Assembly (NCBI GenBank): GCA_002633005.1
Contig: NMRA01000037.1
Location: 1 to 64,000 of the forward strand
Source of the DNA: Phoronis australis
Taxonomy: Eukaryota; Animalia; Phoronida
Reading direction: 5' to 3'
DNA: 64,000 nt
Shown: positions 45,956 to 60,300 of the stretch, in pieces
Position numbering within the stretch: the first letter of the stretch is position 1
Layout: each line of letters opens with the position of its first letter
Notes under the pieces: generated by a model
Seen by the model: the letters and a program-made list of their open reading frames with translations, nothing else
Database searches by the model: none
Told to the model about the DNA's origin: nothing
Translations under genes and position numbers: made by a program

Positions 45956-48228
45956 ATTACAGCTAATGTTATGTGTTAGAATGGAAAGCTCTCCAGTATT
46001 TTATTCAATTTGGGTTTCCTACCAAAGAATAGTTCAATTACTGTATAGGCTAAGTTAAGTTTACGTACGGTAAACATTCCTCAATTTCAGACAAACTTTA
46101 TTGCCACAGTTGCCAAACTCATGTTTTCAGAAGCATGCCACATTGTTGAAAATGCTCGAGATTTTACCAAATGTTATTTGGTAATAGCTACACTATACAA
46201 ACCATGCTGAAAGCAAATTGTCTTGAAATGTTATTTTTGTAGAGAAATTTGACAAAGTGAAATTTCACCTGTTCACTACATCGTGTTCCTAACTCTAGGA
46301 TGTTTACTGTAATTCTGTTATTAATTGGGAATTTGCAGAAGTTGCAGTTATTTCTTCAACACAAAGTCGTGTGAGTTTAGTTGGAAGGAGACATTTCTTA
46401 TTGTGAAGTCGTTGCTGCATGGACCTTCAAGAGTCATTTCCTTTTTCATTTTATGTGTTCTATGATAATATTATGCACTGAGTATGCGAGTTCTAGTCAG
46501 GAAGCAGTGTCACTGTATTAGTTGCTCTTGAAATCGTTCCTTTGTTATTTAAATACAGCTGAATCAATCAGTTTTCCTTGTCATATTTTTGTGACGATGC
46601 GCAAACAGCTGACCAGCGCTCGGTCCAGTGCAGAAAAGGCATTGTTTTATATTGGATTTATTTTTCTTGTCGAGCAGTATTTCAGAACGTTGCCAAACAA
46701 TTGTGTATAGTACTTGTTGGTGTATTTATTTATTCTGCATACAGTTCCCGTGGAATCCTTGCATGTACTTAAAATTTTGTTTGCATTTATAGGGTAGAAA
46801 TGTGGCTGAAATCGAACTGGGAATCTAAATTCACTAGTTGGTGCTAGTGTATCAAGGGTCCCAGGGTCCCATGTGTAGAAGTGCCTTCAGTCTGGTAATA
46901 TTGAATGGGACCCACGTGCTGGTGAACTGCTTTCTTGTCTCCATCTATTCACATGTTCAAAAGACCAACCTTTCTTCATTAGCGCCACCTAGTGAATATT
47001 GAGTCACCTATTGTTTGTCTTTCATAACACCACAAATCTTCAAATCTCCAAAAATTAAAAGGTACGGTGAATTCTTCACTTACGTAGCACACAATGTGGC
47101 CAACAAGTGAAGTTTTTGTTACGTTTCTCCACATAAGTAAAGATTAAGAACATTTTAGTCTGTTACAAGCATGATTTGCAATGTGTGTCCTAAAACAACA
47201 TTGGCTTAAGTTCCCGTTATGCTCAAAAAGATAAATGATCAGGCAATAATTTCTGTGCTAAATTGGGGAATTACCGTACTCTTAAAAGAACGTAATATTG
47301 TCATGATAATATAATGTCTCTATTTAACTTTTTACTCAAGTTTGAGAAGAGTCCTTCAGGCTTGTGTAATGCACCCCTCTTCATTGTCCTGCTTTTGTAC
47401 AGAGATAATTTGTTATCAAATCTGCCTCGCGAGGACGGACGAACTGACTATAATAGTTTTATATTGTGCAAACCTTCTGACCTTGTGATTTTTAAAGGCT
47501 AATTTTATCAGACGAGGTTCTATTTCTAAACGTAAAATGTTTCGATGGTTACAAGTGTGGCTGGATGGCCGTGTGTTTTTGGATGAATTCGCCAGTAACA
47601 ATTTGGTTTTATTGGGAGACTTTTTAGTATGACTAAGTTGTGTTGTCATTGGTATGTGTGTGTGGAAGTGTCTGATGTATTGTGCATATCACTGCATTGT
47701 GTGCTGTATGATGGGCTTGTATTGAAAGTGCTGCAGAATGTAAATACCACTGTTTTGGGAGTTTTTTGATTTTAATTCTGGTTGTGACGTTACGTCTTTT
47801 CATCAATATCAAGACACAGTGTCTGTAGTTTCGTTCAGTTATGAATTAGTCATTTCTATTCATTTATCTTCGGATAATTATCCTACTTGATTTCAACTGT
47901 TGCAATATTTTTTGTGCCCGTCATACCGTGACTTTTCAGGATATTGTCCAAGTTATAAGCGCCATCTTGTGAGAAAAGTTGGCCACCTGGAAAAGCTTTC
48001 ACCTTTTTCCATGTTTAAAAATTCAAAAAAATTTCTTTACCAGCCAAGTTTGTGCAATCAAACAAAATTTAGTTTTATCAGAAAAGTCCCAAAATTGGAG
48101 TATTTTCTTGGCATTATAACAAAATGAGTTTAACATTGTGAAATGCTTAATTTAACTGCATGCTATTATTGAATATATTTTGAGATTTTTAAAAATTGTT
48201 GTAATCATGTTGATATATTAACTGACAA

Positions 48229-48234
48229 AATAAA
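48229..48234 (+). terminator. Candidate polyadenylation signal of SIK3 (would give a 3' UTR of about 5 kb)
   Basis: AATAAA near the end of the T/G-rich (+) segment, with TGTA upstream. Other AATAAA sites (e.g. near 45926-45948) exist. Confidence 0.35.
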
Positions 48235-49093
48235 AAAAGAAAACCTTCATATTTACTGTCACCAGAACATGAGCTAGACATAACCCCCCCGCCGTGGATG
48301 TTTTAGGACCAAAGCATTCAAATTCTACAACAACTTCACCTCACTGGTGCCATATATTTTTAGTCGATCTCAATTGGAATGTGTCTGAATGTTACGCAGG
48401 TCCCACGAAAAATGTACAAATTTGGCCGTATCTCAGAACTGATTGATCAGAAAACTTCCTTGCTTGATGCGCTGTTCTACAAAATGTTGCAAACTTGTTT
48501 TAAAACGTTTCACTTTTGCATTGGGAGCTACTGATTATGAGTTTTTTACGACTTCAGAAATAAAATCAAAAAGGTGCTCCGCCAAAAATATTTTGCAGAA
48601 CCGTAACAGCATTTTGATATTTCATCTTTATCATATTCATTATAATAATGAAATTTGGTCACAGTTATTGATACCGTTTTGCCATTACATTTCTTTTTTA
48701 GTAAAAAGACACAGACATGCGACCCAATCTAAGGCAGTTTGATGTAAAGTAATAAATCAATGTACATCCTTTCTACTTTCAGAAAATATTTAGTTTTGCG
48801 TTGTGAATTTCTATAGTTTTCTAGATATTTCGCTAAATGCACAAACCTGTGAATACAGTTCCACCTTACGTCGTCTCATTGGCTCAGCTTTTGTAATATT
48901 GAGCATGTGCATGACTGATTTTGCTTTTCCCTAAATTCTTATGAGACTGTTCCTCTGTTAAAGTGCTTAAAATAGCCTATTTCACATCCAAAACTCAAAA
49001 AAATGCCACCAATCAATCAGCTGTTAAATTAGAACACCTATCTGCAAACACTATCCGACAATACATTATTTAGATGATTTTGAGTTACGAGCA

Positions 49094-49099
49094 TTTATT
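49094..49099 (-). terminator. Candidate polyadenylation signal of JHY
   Basis: TTTATT on + (AATAAA on -) near the end of the A-rich segment; alternatives near 49600 and 49805. Confidence 0.3.
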
Positions 49100-51163
49100 G
49101 GTTGAAACATACTGCATAAAATCGGGACAACAAATCACTGCATTAGTCATCCTCCATTGTGTTTAGTGTAAAGTCAGACATTGCTGCTCGTTTTCCTGTT
49201 GTTAATGGTATAAGGAATGGTGAGGAGTTGTGTTTGTGGTGGTTGTGACAATTAACATTTGACCTCATGAGACACAAGTTTATACAAGAAACTCTCATGT
49301 TGGTGGATACGACACACAGGTGCCGAGAGCATTCGTACATCACACTCGCATTCGGAGCGCTAAGAAATTTTCAATTGAAGTCGCTTTCCTTCTATTTTCT
49401 TGTTTTGGGGATATTGAATTCACGGTTATGATATGCGGTGCTATAACGGAAGTTTAAATGCTGCTGACAATGTAGTTACTTGTTAAAACAAGATAAATGG
49501 TGGTTTTAAGTACTTCAAGATGGCCGTTGCCCTGGAGACCAAGCCACTGTGGAAGAAACATGAGCAAAATAGGAAGAGACATCTGATAATTTACAAAATT
49601 TATTACAGTGTACAAATACCTCATTAAAAATGATACGTAGAGCAATTTGTCCACAAAATGATACAAAATAAATATATGTACACAAAAGTTAACTTTAGCA
49701 CAAAATAAAAATGTCATGGGAGTATGCAGTTAAGACATATAAATTAAAATCATCAACAGTAAAAGACACAAGGCACACATGCTTCCATTCAAAGACAAAA
49801 TAGATTTATTTTTGCAAACAACAACAATTTTTCACCTTCAGGGACCAACATAGTTACTGACATTTTCAAAATTATAAAACAATGGCAGAGGCTCGCATAC
49901 GCTTTTTAAAATATCTGATTCACATTTGGTGAAACGCGGGGGAGGATTGCCGAGAGCTTTTGTTTCATAAATGTCAATAATTATGAAATCCTTACATTTA
50001 ATTACTAAGTAATACAGTAGCACTCATATGGTGGATTTAAGTGGACCAAGAGACCTTATCTAAGATGAAATCTCAAAGCAAAAGTAATCAAAATACCGTC
50101 TCCAGTTACGACTAATTCAATATGACTAATATTGACTACAATTGCAGCATATCTATTTGCAGACTGGCTTAGCCACCTTTCTACCTTTCCTGTCAATTCC
50201 TTTTCATTCTTAGTCATGAAGGAAGGCTAGCCATTCTAGTGTTGAATTTGGTTTCGCCCAGCCATTGTGACGGAGAATTCTGAGACATTTTGTCTGAATA
50301 CTTTGACCTGTACCGTATCTAAGGGACTGAGTGCATGAAAAGCAAAACTGTGATGTGGAACTTTGTTCGAGTTAAGTGAAAATCTAAATTATGCAAGTTT
50401 TTCTGCAGTTAATTGGTATGCACTAGATACAGGCCTCCAGTTCCAAAGTCTCACTATTCCTAGTCTATATGATGTATTACACCAATTAGAGACCTCTATT
50501 GTGCCAATGTCAACTTCTAACTCATATACAGACTTCATATGAACACAAAGGTGTAGTTACCATACGGGCATATGTCTACTAGAAAATTTCAACAAAACCA
50601 TGAACCGAATCTCACATAGCTCAGATATTGTAATACAGGTAATTAGTACAATACAGTGAATACGTAGCAAAATCCATCCTAACACAGTCAAAATAATTTT
50701 CTACAAATAAAACTATGCAAACTGGCAAGATTATATCACCACCCCTTCCAAGAAAGAAACAGTTCAAGGCATTTTACTCCAGAATGGCATAATCACATGT
50801 TTTACTGGCTGGATAAAGCATGTTTTATACACGCACTAGTTAGTGTTAATGGATAGCTACAACTGAACTTAAGGTATCTCGGTGGCTGTACTAGGAATTG
50901 CAACGAAATGTATTCTGTCCGGCAGAAATTTCAACACTTGAGTTTTGTCAAATCTTTCAACTTAAATGAAGTCAATGTACAATATATACAAACATGTACA
51001 TGCCTGAGAGGTCATAACAACTCATCTAACATGTTGCTTTTAGGATCACAACCAAAAATTCTTGTAATATATTTCCCATTAAAATTTTAGCACGAGCCTA
51101 GACATCTCGCTCTTCCGATTCTGACCTCTCTACCTTTGACCTCCGACCTTCCCTGTGCTGCCA

Positions 51164-51367
51164 TCACCTCGCAGTTGACAACACACTGCCAATGTTGCTG
51201 CGTAGATCAGCGATCTCACTTCGGTCCCGCGCGTGCCGCTCCTGAAGTTGTCTCAGTCGCTCTGCCTCTTCTTCATCCTCGGCGTGTCGCGTCAGTGCGG
51301 CGCCTCCGTGATTTGTCCGCTTCGGTGCCACTTTGGGCTTTGGGACAGATTTGGAGTACTCTAGGGC
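51164..51367 (-). CDS. JHY: JHY terminal coding exon (ALEYSKSVPKPK...LQERHARDRSEIADLRSNIGSVLSTAR*)
   Basis: Acceptor ccatttcag, 204 nt including TGA. Confidence 0.9.
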   Translation of the reverse strand, partial: ALEYSKSVPKPKVAPKRTNHGGAALTRHAEDEEEAERLRQLQERHARDRSEIADLRSNIGSVLSTAR

Positions 51368-54300
51368 CTGAAATGGACGGCAAAAAATTTTGGATGTGAA
51401 GAAGCAAAATAAAAGCGACCAAAATGCTTGATAAAAAGAACTACTTTAAATAAGGACTATAGAAAGCAACCATGGAGCACAGTTCTCTGCCAAGGCATCA
51501 CAGTAAACAAACAAACAAACCAACAAAATCATTTCAAATTCCTTGATGAGTTGCCCATAGGTTTGTAATTAGTTTCTAAGCAAATTACTTCGGGTAACGT
51601 AACGTTTCATAAAAATTGCACCATGCATATATTCAAACAGCTTTCACACAAACACAAAAAATCTCTTCTTTCCAACTCAAGTCTTACTTGTGGTGGAGCT
51701 AGTTTACCTACACAGCAACTGAAAGCTTTGTGGGGTATTTTTGAAGTGCTGGTAATTTGCTGGGAACATTATGCTGATATCTGGCTTGGGTCGCAGCATT
51801 TCTCCCAACGTGTCCTCTCAACTTTCACCAATTATTAGTTTAATAATTGCTGTATGAGTTTTTATCCATAAGCAGATCCAGAGGGGGGTCAAGGGGTCTG
51901 GACCCTCCTTTTCTATTGATTTTATTGATATCAAATCTAGAATTTTCAAATTGTTGACTTGGACCCCCCTTTTTAAAAAAATCCGATCAGACCCCCTTTA
52001 AAAAATCCTAGATCCGCCACTGTTATCGATTAAAAGTGGTTAGCGAAGACAGATAGAGTAAAACTAATACTGTGAGCTACACCATGATATACATGTAGTG
52101 TGCAACTGAAGCACGCACACAACAACCTATAATTCAATCACTACCAAAAGACATTAATAAATTATAAGCCATCCCTTAGTTAATGAATTCTAATCTTATG
52201 TTCTCTACAACAGCTGGATTCCATCAATAGTCGTAAATTATAGATCGGCCTTGTATGATACAATTCTTCGAGCAGGAAATGTGCATTCACAGCCATGTAG
52301 TCTTCATGTTTACAGAAAAAAACAAAAAAAAATGGACAGGTGTGACATAGAGAAGAAACATCTGATTGTGCAGTCATATGAATACTGCCCGTTAGGCACC
52401 ACAAGCCAGGGGTCTGTTCTGTTGAAGGTTGTACGTTCGGTTGAAACTTGGCACAGATTTAATTGAGATTTGTGAATGATGCAGTGATAAATGTGGGTCA
52501 GTATGACCTACAGCCTAGTTTACATTTGTTGTAATATTTTACTTTAAAAAAACAAACGCAACATCAAGGTTACAAACGCACCTAAAGCCATCTTAGCTAC
52601 GACCAGATACACTGCACAACCTTTGATAAATGGCCAATCAGCTCTCTAATTCCAAAGTCCTAACTTTGTAAACACTGCAGGCCTGGGATCAAATAGTGTG
52701 CCCAGATCTACTGAGAATCAAAACCAACTGGTCAGAATATTTATGGGCCTGATCACTAGGCTACTTGCACATCCTCACAGTAGAGGGCGAAAGTGATCTA
52801 TTGAACAGGATAATTCAATTCCAATGAACTGTTTCATATGAAAAGTGACTTAAGACTTGAGTCTAAAATTTTGTAACTGTTAGCACATCAGAGTCTAAAA
52901 TAAATACAAACTATTTGAATATCGAGTAATTATGGGTACAATTTCAAAGACTATGTGACATTAAACCATTTTTTGGAAATATCTGTGTGGAGTTTTACTC
53001 TCTGACTTCATGAAACAGGCCCGAAGTCTCACTTTTTTGGCATATTTTTGAAGTCAAAGTCTCGCTTGTTTGGCACATTTTTGAAGCTAGCAAGAATAAG
53101 TATAAATTAACAATAAAGCAATTAGGATTTCAAGGGAATAACTATACACCAATTACTGTTGAAGTGATTATATTTCCCTCCTAACGAGTGTTTGTCCTTA
53201 CCACTTTGCGTCGATTCATAATATCATCCTCCTTCACTTCCTCTCTAACGTAACTGACAGGTTTCACTTTACCCTGAGCAGGCCTGTTCTCTATGGCAAC
53301 CTGCTTGGCATAGTTGAGTTGTCTCTTACGCTTCTCTGCCTGAAACGCAAATCTCAATTATACACCTGATCCTCAATAGACATACACAACACAAAGTGCA
53401 GCGCATACTGGTTTTAATTTGCTTGCTTTGTTCAACTGGAATGTGTATAGAACGCCACTACAGATTTGTGTTCCCATACGGTATCTCATACATATTTTCT
53501 AATTACAATTAATTTAAATATAATTAAAACTAAGGTCCTCATAACATTGAATCTAAATAACTTTTCTTTCATTGCCTAGGCCCAGTGACCAACAAACTTC
53601 ATTCCAAATTCGACTGGAACATTGACCAATCAAATTGTGTGAAAGCTAAATTTACTCAAAGTATGTCACACAACTGGTCAATTTCAAGTCGTCTCAAGTA
53701 AAATTTGATGGTCACAGTACAGTAGGAATCTGTCACAGGACCGGTACCTTCTCTTTCCATGTATCCTCATCAAGTGCAGGCCCCAGTCCACCGAGACTTA
53801 TCTCCAGTTTCAACTTCCTGTAGTCTTCCACCGTGTACTTTTTATAAGTTGGCTTCTTATTGGCTCGTTCCTTCTGCTTGGAGTACTCTTGCATGTAGCT
53901 GCCGCTTTTTTCTTTCTGCTCGCCCGACTTTTCTTTCTTCTGCCCAGAGATTGGAGGGATCTTGTGATAGGGATTCACTGTGGGGGACCCACGAGTTGTG
54001 CTCAGATTGTCTCGCGGGGACGTGTAGGCTTTGTACCTCTCCTCTTCATCGTTACTCTGAAGAAAGAAAAAGAATGGTGAGCGATGAAGCAAAGAAAGAT
54101 CGGCCTGAGTTCCACAAACCCAAGATATTAGTCATGTACTAATGCCACGAAAAATTTTTACTAGAAGAACAGAAATGGAGAATTCTATCCGACAATTCAA
54201 CATTCGCACCTTACTGACCAACGCTTTTACTGGTCGTCATTTTGCCAGGTTACAACGTTTTGAGCACATTCGCGAAACACTCCTTTTTTCACTCGTGTAC

Positions 54301-57300
54301 GTGACTTTATGTGGTCTTGTGTGATTTCGTTTTTCAAGCAAGAAGAAACTCGGAAATTAATTTGAATGCACCCCAGATTTCACAAGAAAGAATGTATTCT
54401 GAAGATTTAAATTCACACAAAATGTTAATAAACTCTCATTTTTATCAAGACCAACTGTGGTCTCATCTTACACTTTACTGAGATTACAAATGATGTTACA
54501 GGCTTGAGAAAAATGACAACTCACGATAAGTTAGGGTTACCATAGTTACGGTCATCAATGCAGTACAATCGTCAAGAGAATGCCAGTAAAGATGCCTTAA
54601 AGACTATCTTGAATGCTAACACCAGTAAATTTAGTTCCTACAGTATGTCAAGTGCATCACTCTGATCCCACCAGTGCCATAAATTTTCAAATGCAATGAA
54701 CTGTTAGGCCTATTTGTTGGCTACTGTCCACGTCACCGTGAGAATCACCTTTTAATTCAAACAGCTGTGAATAACACCCGTATGCATGCAATGCTGTTCT
54801 ATGCAGACCTTCCTTTAATACAAAAGTATTAGTCTTTTGCCGTGCTGATATCTCGTAGTGACGCAATATGACACAAAAAGGCAATTTCACCTATCATTTG
54901 ATGGTGCTAAATCTGGGTGATTAAACTCTCATTTTCATGTTTTATTAAGGTTTTGCTAGGACTATCTGGTTAGTCCAATACATCTAAAATAACAAAATTC
55001 CGTTGAAGTTAGGCTTTAACACCAGAGGTAAATTTCACCAAAAGTGTCTGAAGAGTAAGTCAAAAAGTTGGTCTTATGCTCTAAACATTTCATGAAAAAA
55101 ATAATAAAATCACACAGTACGAAGAATGCCAAGTCCCTGAGAACATAACCATAATTTCTAGATACTCAGATAATGTCTGTAAATTATTCGTAGGCTGGGA
55201 TGTGCTCATAATTACAAGACAACACTTTTATTCATCAATTGCGAGAGGGAGCGGAAGACCAAATTTCTGTCTTAAGTCTTCAGTGACTTCTTATGAAACA
55301 GACCTCTGAACATGGTCTACAGAAGTTCTATCAATAACATGTCCATGCATTTCTGCTTTCAAGCCAAGTATTTATTTAATTAATTAGTGTTACTATCGGC
55401 AACAGTACAAAATCAAACATTAAACCGATAGTTTATATCATCTTATGTAATTGTTTAAAGACAGCTCACATTAACATCTCAATTTGAAAATGACAACAGA
55501 TTTTAAATTGCACAAAAATGAAAATTGACAGAATAAAGAATAAACCTAAAAAGTACTCAACAATATGTCATGCAGACAAAGACAAATATGCCACAAGAAT
55601 TATCATAATTACCCAGGCGCACACAGAACACTCAATTTTTCAGAAACTCGTATTATAAAAGTGTGCGTATAAAGAACTGTTTTAAAAACTTGTATATTAT
55701 TGCATATCCAATAACCTTTTTAAAATTTGAAATCATAATCCTTCATATGCCTGTAACGCAACTTCATTCAACTGTTTTGAATTTTATTTATTTATATCCC
55801 TTTTGTGTATTGTCACCTGACCCGCAAAAAATCTTACATTACACAAAAACACACAAGTTACTTTAGATTTTTCCCAACAGTTCAGCCACCTATTGTAAGT
55901 TAAAAGCAACGTTTACTATTTAATAATAAGCTACAACTTCATGCCTATAAACAATTCAGTAACAGCTATCAGATGTAAGAAGTTGAATTTTAATGAGACT
56001 TTATTGAGTATTAATAGCCAATTTCAGTTTATTCTCCAACAATTACCAAAACAGTAAAATTGTTATGTATGGGCAACTATTTACAAACAACAATCAAGCA
56101 GTTAGTTTGTTACCCAACAAGGTTCGTCAATGCCACTTAAATGTTCAACAAACCATAAATATACTGTTATCAACAAATGTATTGACCAAAATTTTAACTC
56201 CGGACTAAAACGATACGTTGGACTCTCATTAACACAAAAACATCAAATCAAGTAATAATTCTTGAAAGATAAAAATAAAAGTTACAGTACCATATCATAA
56301 AAATTACCCAAAGTAGATGCATTAAGATTTGGATCTCTGGAACAGATTGATAAATAGTTTTATTAACTCTTTGAACCAAGGTAGATAACTGGCTTACGAG
56401 TTCCCGACAACAGAGCACGCGATTGATATCTGGACAAGCCTTGATTTAGAAATTTGTAATCTGGAGTTGAAACTTAACGCAAGGAGGTTTTTGTAATGGT
56501 GAGTTGAATCTACAGCACTCCCTTTTGTAAGACACTTTTCTTGATTTTGTTAAGAATTTGAAAGCAGACCTCAATTATTGGCATTATATTCATTTGCGAA
56601 AACAAGTCACCAATTTTTTAGAAGAATCTCACAAATAAAGGAGTTACCATTCATTCCTTACTTCGGGTTATTTTGCACCATGGAAATGAAAAATTGTTCC
56701 ATTTCCAAGGCATGAAAATCATGTTTTTCATGAATTTCCTGAAAAACTACCAACACAGACATAATTTGAGAACAACTTTAAACCAAATATGTTCGACAGC
56801 AAAAAAATTACTTAATCGGCCAGCTAACAATGTGCCCCAATAATCAAACTTATCAGATAAACTTTAAGAAAAAATTTACCCAGCATTCAACAAGTTAAGC
56901 TGTTTTTTGTAAACAGACGATAACGTGGCCACACAAACACCCAGGTAGCGTGGAGACCACTTGAGAATCATGATACACCACGCATCTTATCAACTGACAG
57001 GATACCAGCGTACACCTGACAGGCAAGAGGGTTTAATTAAGAATACCGGTATCAAGCTAGGATCAACATGGCAACAGTAACAAGAAAATATCATTAAGCA
57101 AAGGGTTTAAAATCTTTAACAAGACAACCGCCTTTTTCCTCAAGTAATAACCATGGTAACAACAGGACTCCACTAACAATAAACTACAGATCAATATTTG
57201 ACATGAAGTAATGGACCAGGTCAAGTTCAATAAATCGTTGCTACAAGAACAATGATTTCTATGTACAAATCAACGATGTAATACACCCTCTCTTGTTAAT

Positions 57301-60300
57301 CTCATACCTATGTACCAACAGGAGGTTGTTTTTCTCGATAGACAAAGACTGACTTTATTGATTTAAGAAATCGATTGGGTCACAAAGTTGCTTGGTGATG
57401 ATGAATCATTTCATCTTTCTTTGTTTCAGAAACAATGACTATTAAGTATTAAAGCGTATAAAAATACTATTAGTAGTATATACACCAGTAATGGAATGTT
57501 ACATGTTTTTATAACATTAATAATCATAAGACCAATACCAGCTAAATTTCACGCTCCGACATGATGACGGGAATTTTGATGGCATTCGGCTGTGATCATC
57601 ACGGGGGAAAAGGAATTTTATCCCATCATTTTGGGAATATACTGTACATGTAAAGAAATTCGACACAGTGTCAAATTCGTCTACGGCATTAGAACTTAAC
57701 CCAACGCAGAATGGAGCCACCCACAAACTCACCTCCTGGTCATAGTATCCCTGGTCTTCCATTTCATTCTCCTCCACAGTCCTAACGTGGTTAGCATGAC
57801 CCATTTCACCACGTCCATCATAACTGGACGTGTAACCCGAGTCCTTCTTGACAGTGCCAGGGTCCTCCACATACTGACTCCACTGCTGGTTGTAGTAGTT
57901 ATTGCGATTTTGACGCTCGAAGTCGGCATTGTTGTTGTGCATTCTTGTTGAGTTTGCCTTGTGGATAGGGCCAAGAGGCGGCTGGGGGCTGATAAGCTTT
58001 AGATTTATGTCTACACTGACACGTTGCTGGTCGTCGTTCCATGCAGACACAGGCACTTCAACTCTTTTGGACGTGGTCACAGCTTGGTGGTCCACCTTTT
58101 GAGGGATGGGCTCGATGTGGTGAGGCGGGCGGGCCACTGGCTTCTTTAGGTTGCTATCACTCGCATATTTCTTCAAAGATTTGCCGTAACCAGATGCCTT
58201 TTTTCCAGATGACACCTGCTCCTTGTGTGAAGACAAGCGATGAGCGCGTTCTTTCCATAAGTCCTCAGCACCACTAGTCGTCTTCTCCAACCGCCCAATG
58301 TCGCCAGCTGATGCGGCTTTCATTTTCCTATCCTCCATTTGCAAGGGAGGCTTTTTCACAGTCCTGGTCAATCGACCATTCTCAGACATAGGAGTAGTAA
58401 TCTCCTTTCTCTCCTTGAATCGATCACCATATCCCTTCCTGGGAGTCCCTTCATTTAACACCTTCTTATTGAACTCAACAAAATTTAACCGCGCAGGTCT
58501 CTCCACAAAGGGACTCTTTTTCACAGGCCTCGGAATGTTTTCATCCTGCTTCTCCTGAACTTGGAGCCTGTCTCTAACAGAAGGCCGATTATGAATCCTT
58601 TGCTGCTCACTTCCACGAGCTTTCTCTGACTGTTCTAAATATTCCTCGTCCTGTTCTTCATCTTGATACTGTTGGTCAGAATGATTTCTCCTCAGCTGCT
58701 GCTGTTGCTGTTGTTGCTGCAGCTGCTCCTGTTCCTGCTGATACTCCCTTCTTGCCTGATGCGATGGTGCAGAGCCTTGCTGTAGTTGCTGCTGCGGTTG
58801 TTCAAAGGATTGCTGTTGATAGAACTGCCCAGGCGCCTGATACAATCCATACACTGGCGCATACTGCAAAGATTGATTCATCGGCGGGTGGTATTGATTG
58901 ACAGGGAACTGGGCTGGAGGTTGCCCATAGTAGCCCTGAGGAGGTGCTTGGGGTTGAGGGTAACCACTTCGGCTCATAGGATATTGCTGAAAGTGAGCAT
59001 AACCCATAGGCGGCTGAGGTGGGAAGCCTTGCGGAGGATACTGGTAGTCATAACCAGGATAGTAACTCGTAGCAAAAGGCTGAGGGATGGGCTGGTTGGG
59101 GATCCCGTTTTGAGGCCCATTGAGAAAATATTGCCCAGTTTGATGATCATAGCCTTGAAAGTCCGGTCTCCTCAAATTCTGAGGAGGGTTTTGAGACGAA
59201 GACTTTCCACTATCCCTTTGTTTTGGGCGCCCTCTGTCGCCACTTTGTGGTTGGTAAGCCTCATAGTTCTGCTGGTTATGACTAACTTGTCTATGTTTTG
59301 GCACGTTTTGTTTCCTGCTATTTACAGAGAATTCCAGTGAATCATATTCTTTGTCATCAGTGTCCTCCTCCTCATCTTCACCGTCACCGTACCGCTCATG
59401 TTGTTCTTGATCACTCATAGTGAAGCCTACATCATCAGCTGCATGATTCCGAGCCCTCAATGAATCCTCAAGGCTTTCATACGATGTACGGTTTTGTTGT
59501 TCATTGCCCCGTCTTTGATTTAAATCACTTTTCCTCCTCTCAAATTCAACTTGAGCCTCGTACGAGTTTTTACCAGGCTCTCCTTGGTTGCTGTCTTGAC
59601 TACCTGCCAATCCTTCTTGTTCACTATAGTGCTTATTCATGTCCTCATAACGTTCATAGTCATTCTCTCCATCCTGCGGAGCACTGTCGTCTACAGGATC
59701 CGACCAATCAGGTTCATTGTTTCTACTACGCTGATTGTATTGTGAATCTAGTGGATTGGGCGGAGGATTCCTCCAATCCAAACTGTCTTTATACGACTCA
59801 CTACTATTTTGCTCTTGCACATTTTGCTCTACATCCAACGAGTCCTCTATTGAATCCCTTGGATTCTCTTCAAGAGAGTCTGTGCTCTCATTCAAATCCA
59901 GTTTTGGAATGTCATACTTCAACTTCAATGCATCGTGTTCCTTCGCTTGTTCTATCCTCGCCTGCAACTGTCTCTGATATTCTTCTTCACGTTTGAGCTC
60001 AATATCGCTCGTTTCTTCAAGACTATCTCGCTCAGGCATACCATAGGACCGCCTAGCTCCACGATTGTCAAACATTTTTCTTCTCTGGGTTTCAAACTCA
60101 GTGTCGTCTTCCAGCTCATCATCAATGTCAGGATTCACAAACTGATATTCATTTTCATCATCTTTAGACATTGACGGTGATTCAACATAAGGTCGATGTT
60201 CGGGCTTTGCCATGTTGATTTCACTCTTTGACTTCTCCACCAGCAATGCCAGGAGCTGTTTATTGTCTGTTTTCGATATAGAGCCTCCTTTCTGTTTCTT

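Noticed and set aside
51098-51163. Stop-codon readthrough extension of JHY (21 open codons after TGA)
   Set aside because: The context TGA-TGG is not the typical TGA-CTA readthrough signal, and the length is compatible with chance.
57517-57732. C-terminal 71 aa of the 959-aa ORF (VSLWVAPFC...)
   Set aside because: It follows a consensus donor (GAG|GTGAGT) and the composition changes abruptly, so it is intronic read-through.
58041-60174. Several + strand ORFs up to 184 aa overlapping the JHY large exon
   Set aside because: They are antisense shadows of a long, compositionally biased coding exon and show no recognisable motifs.
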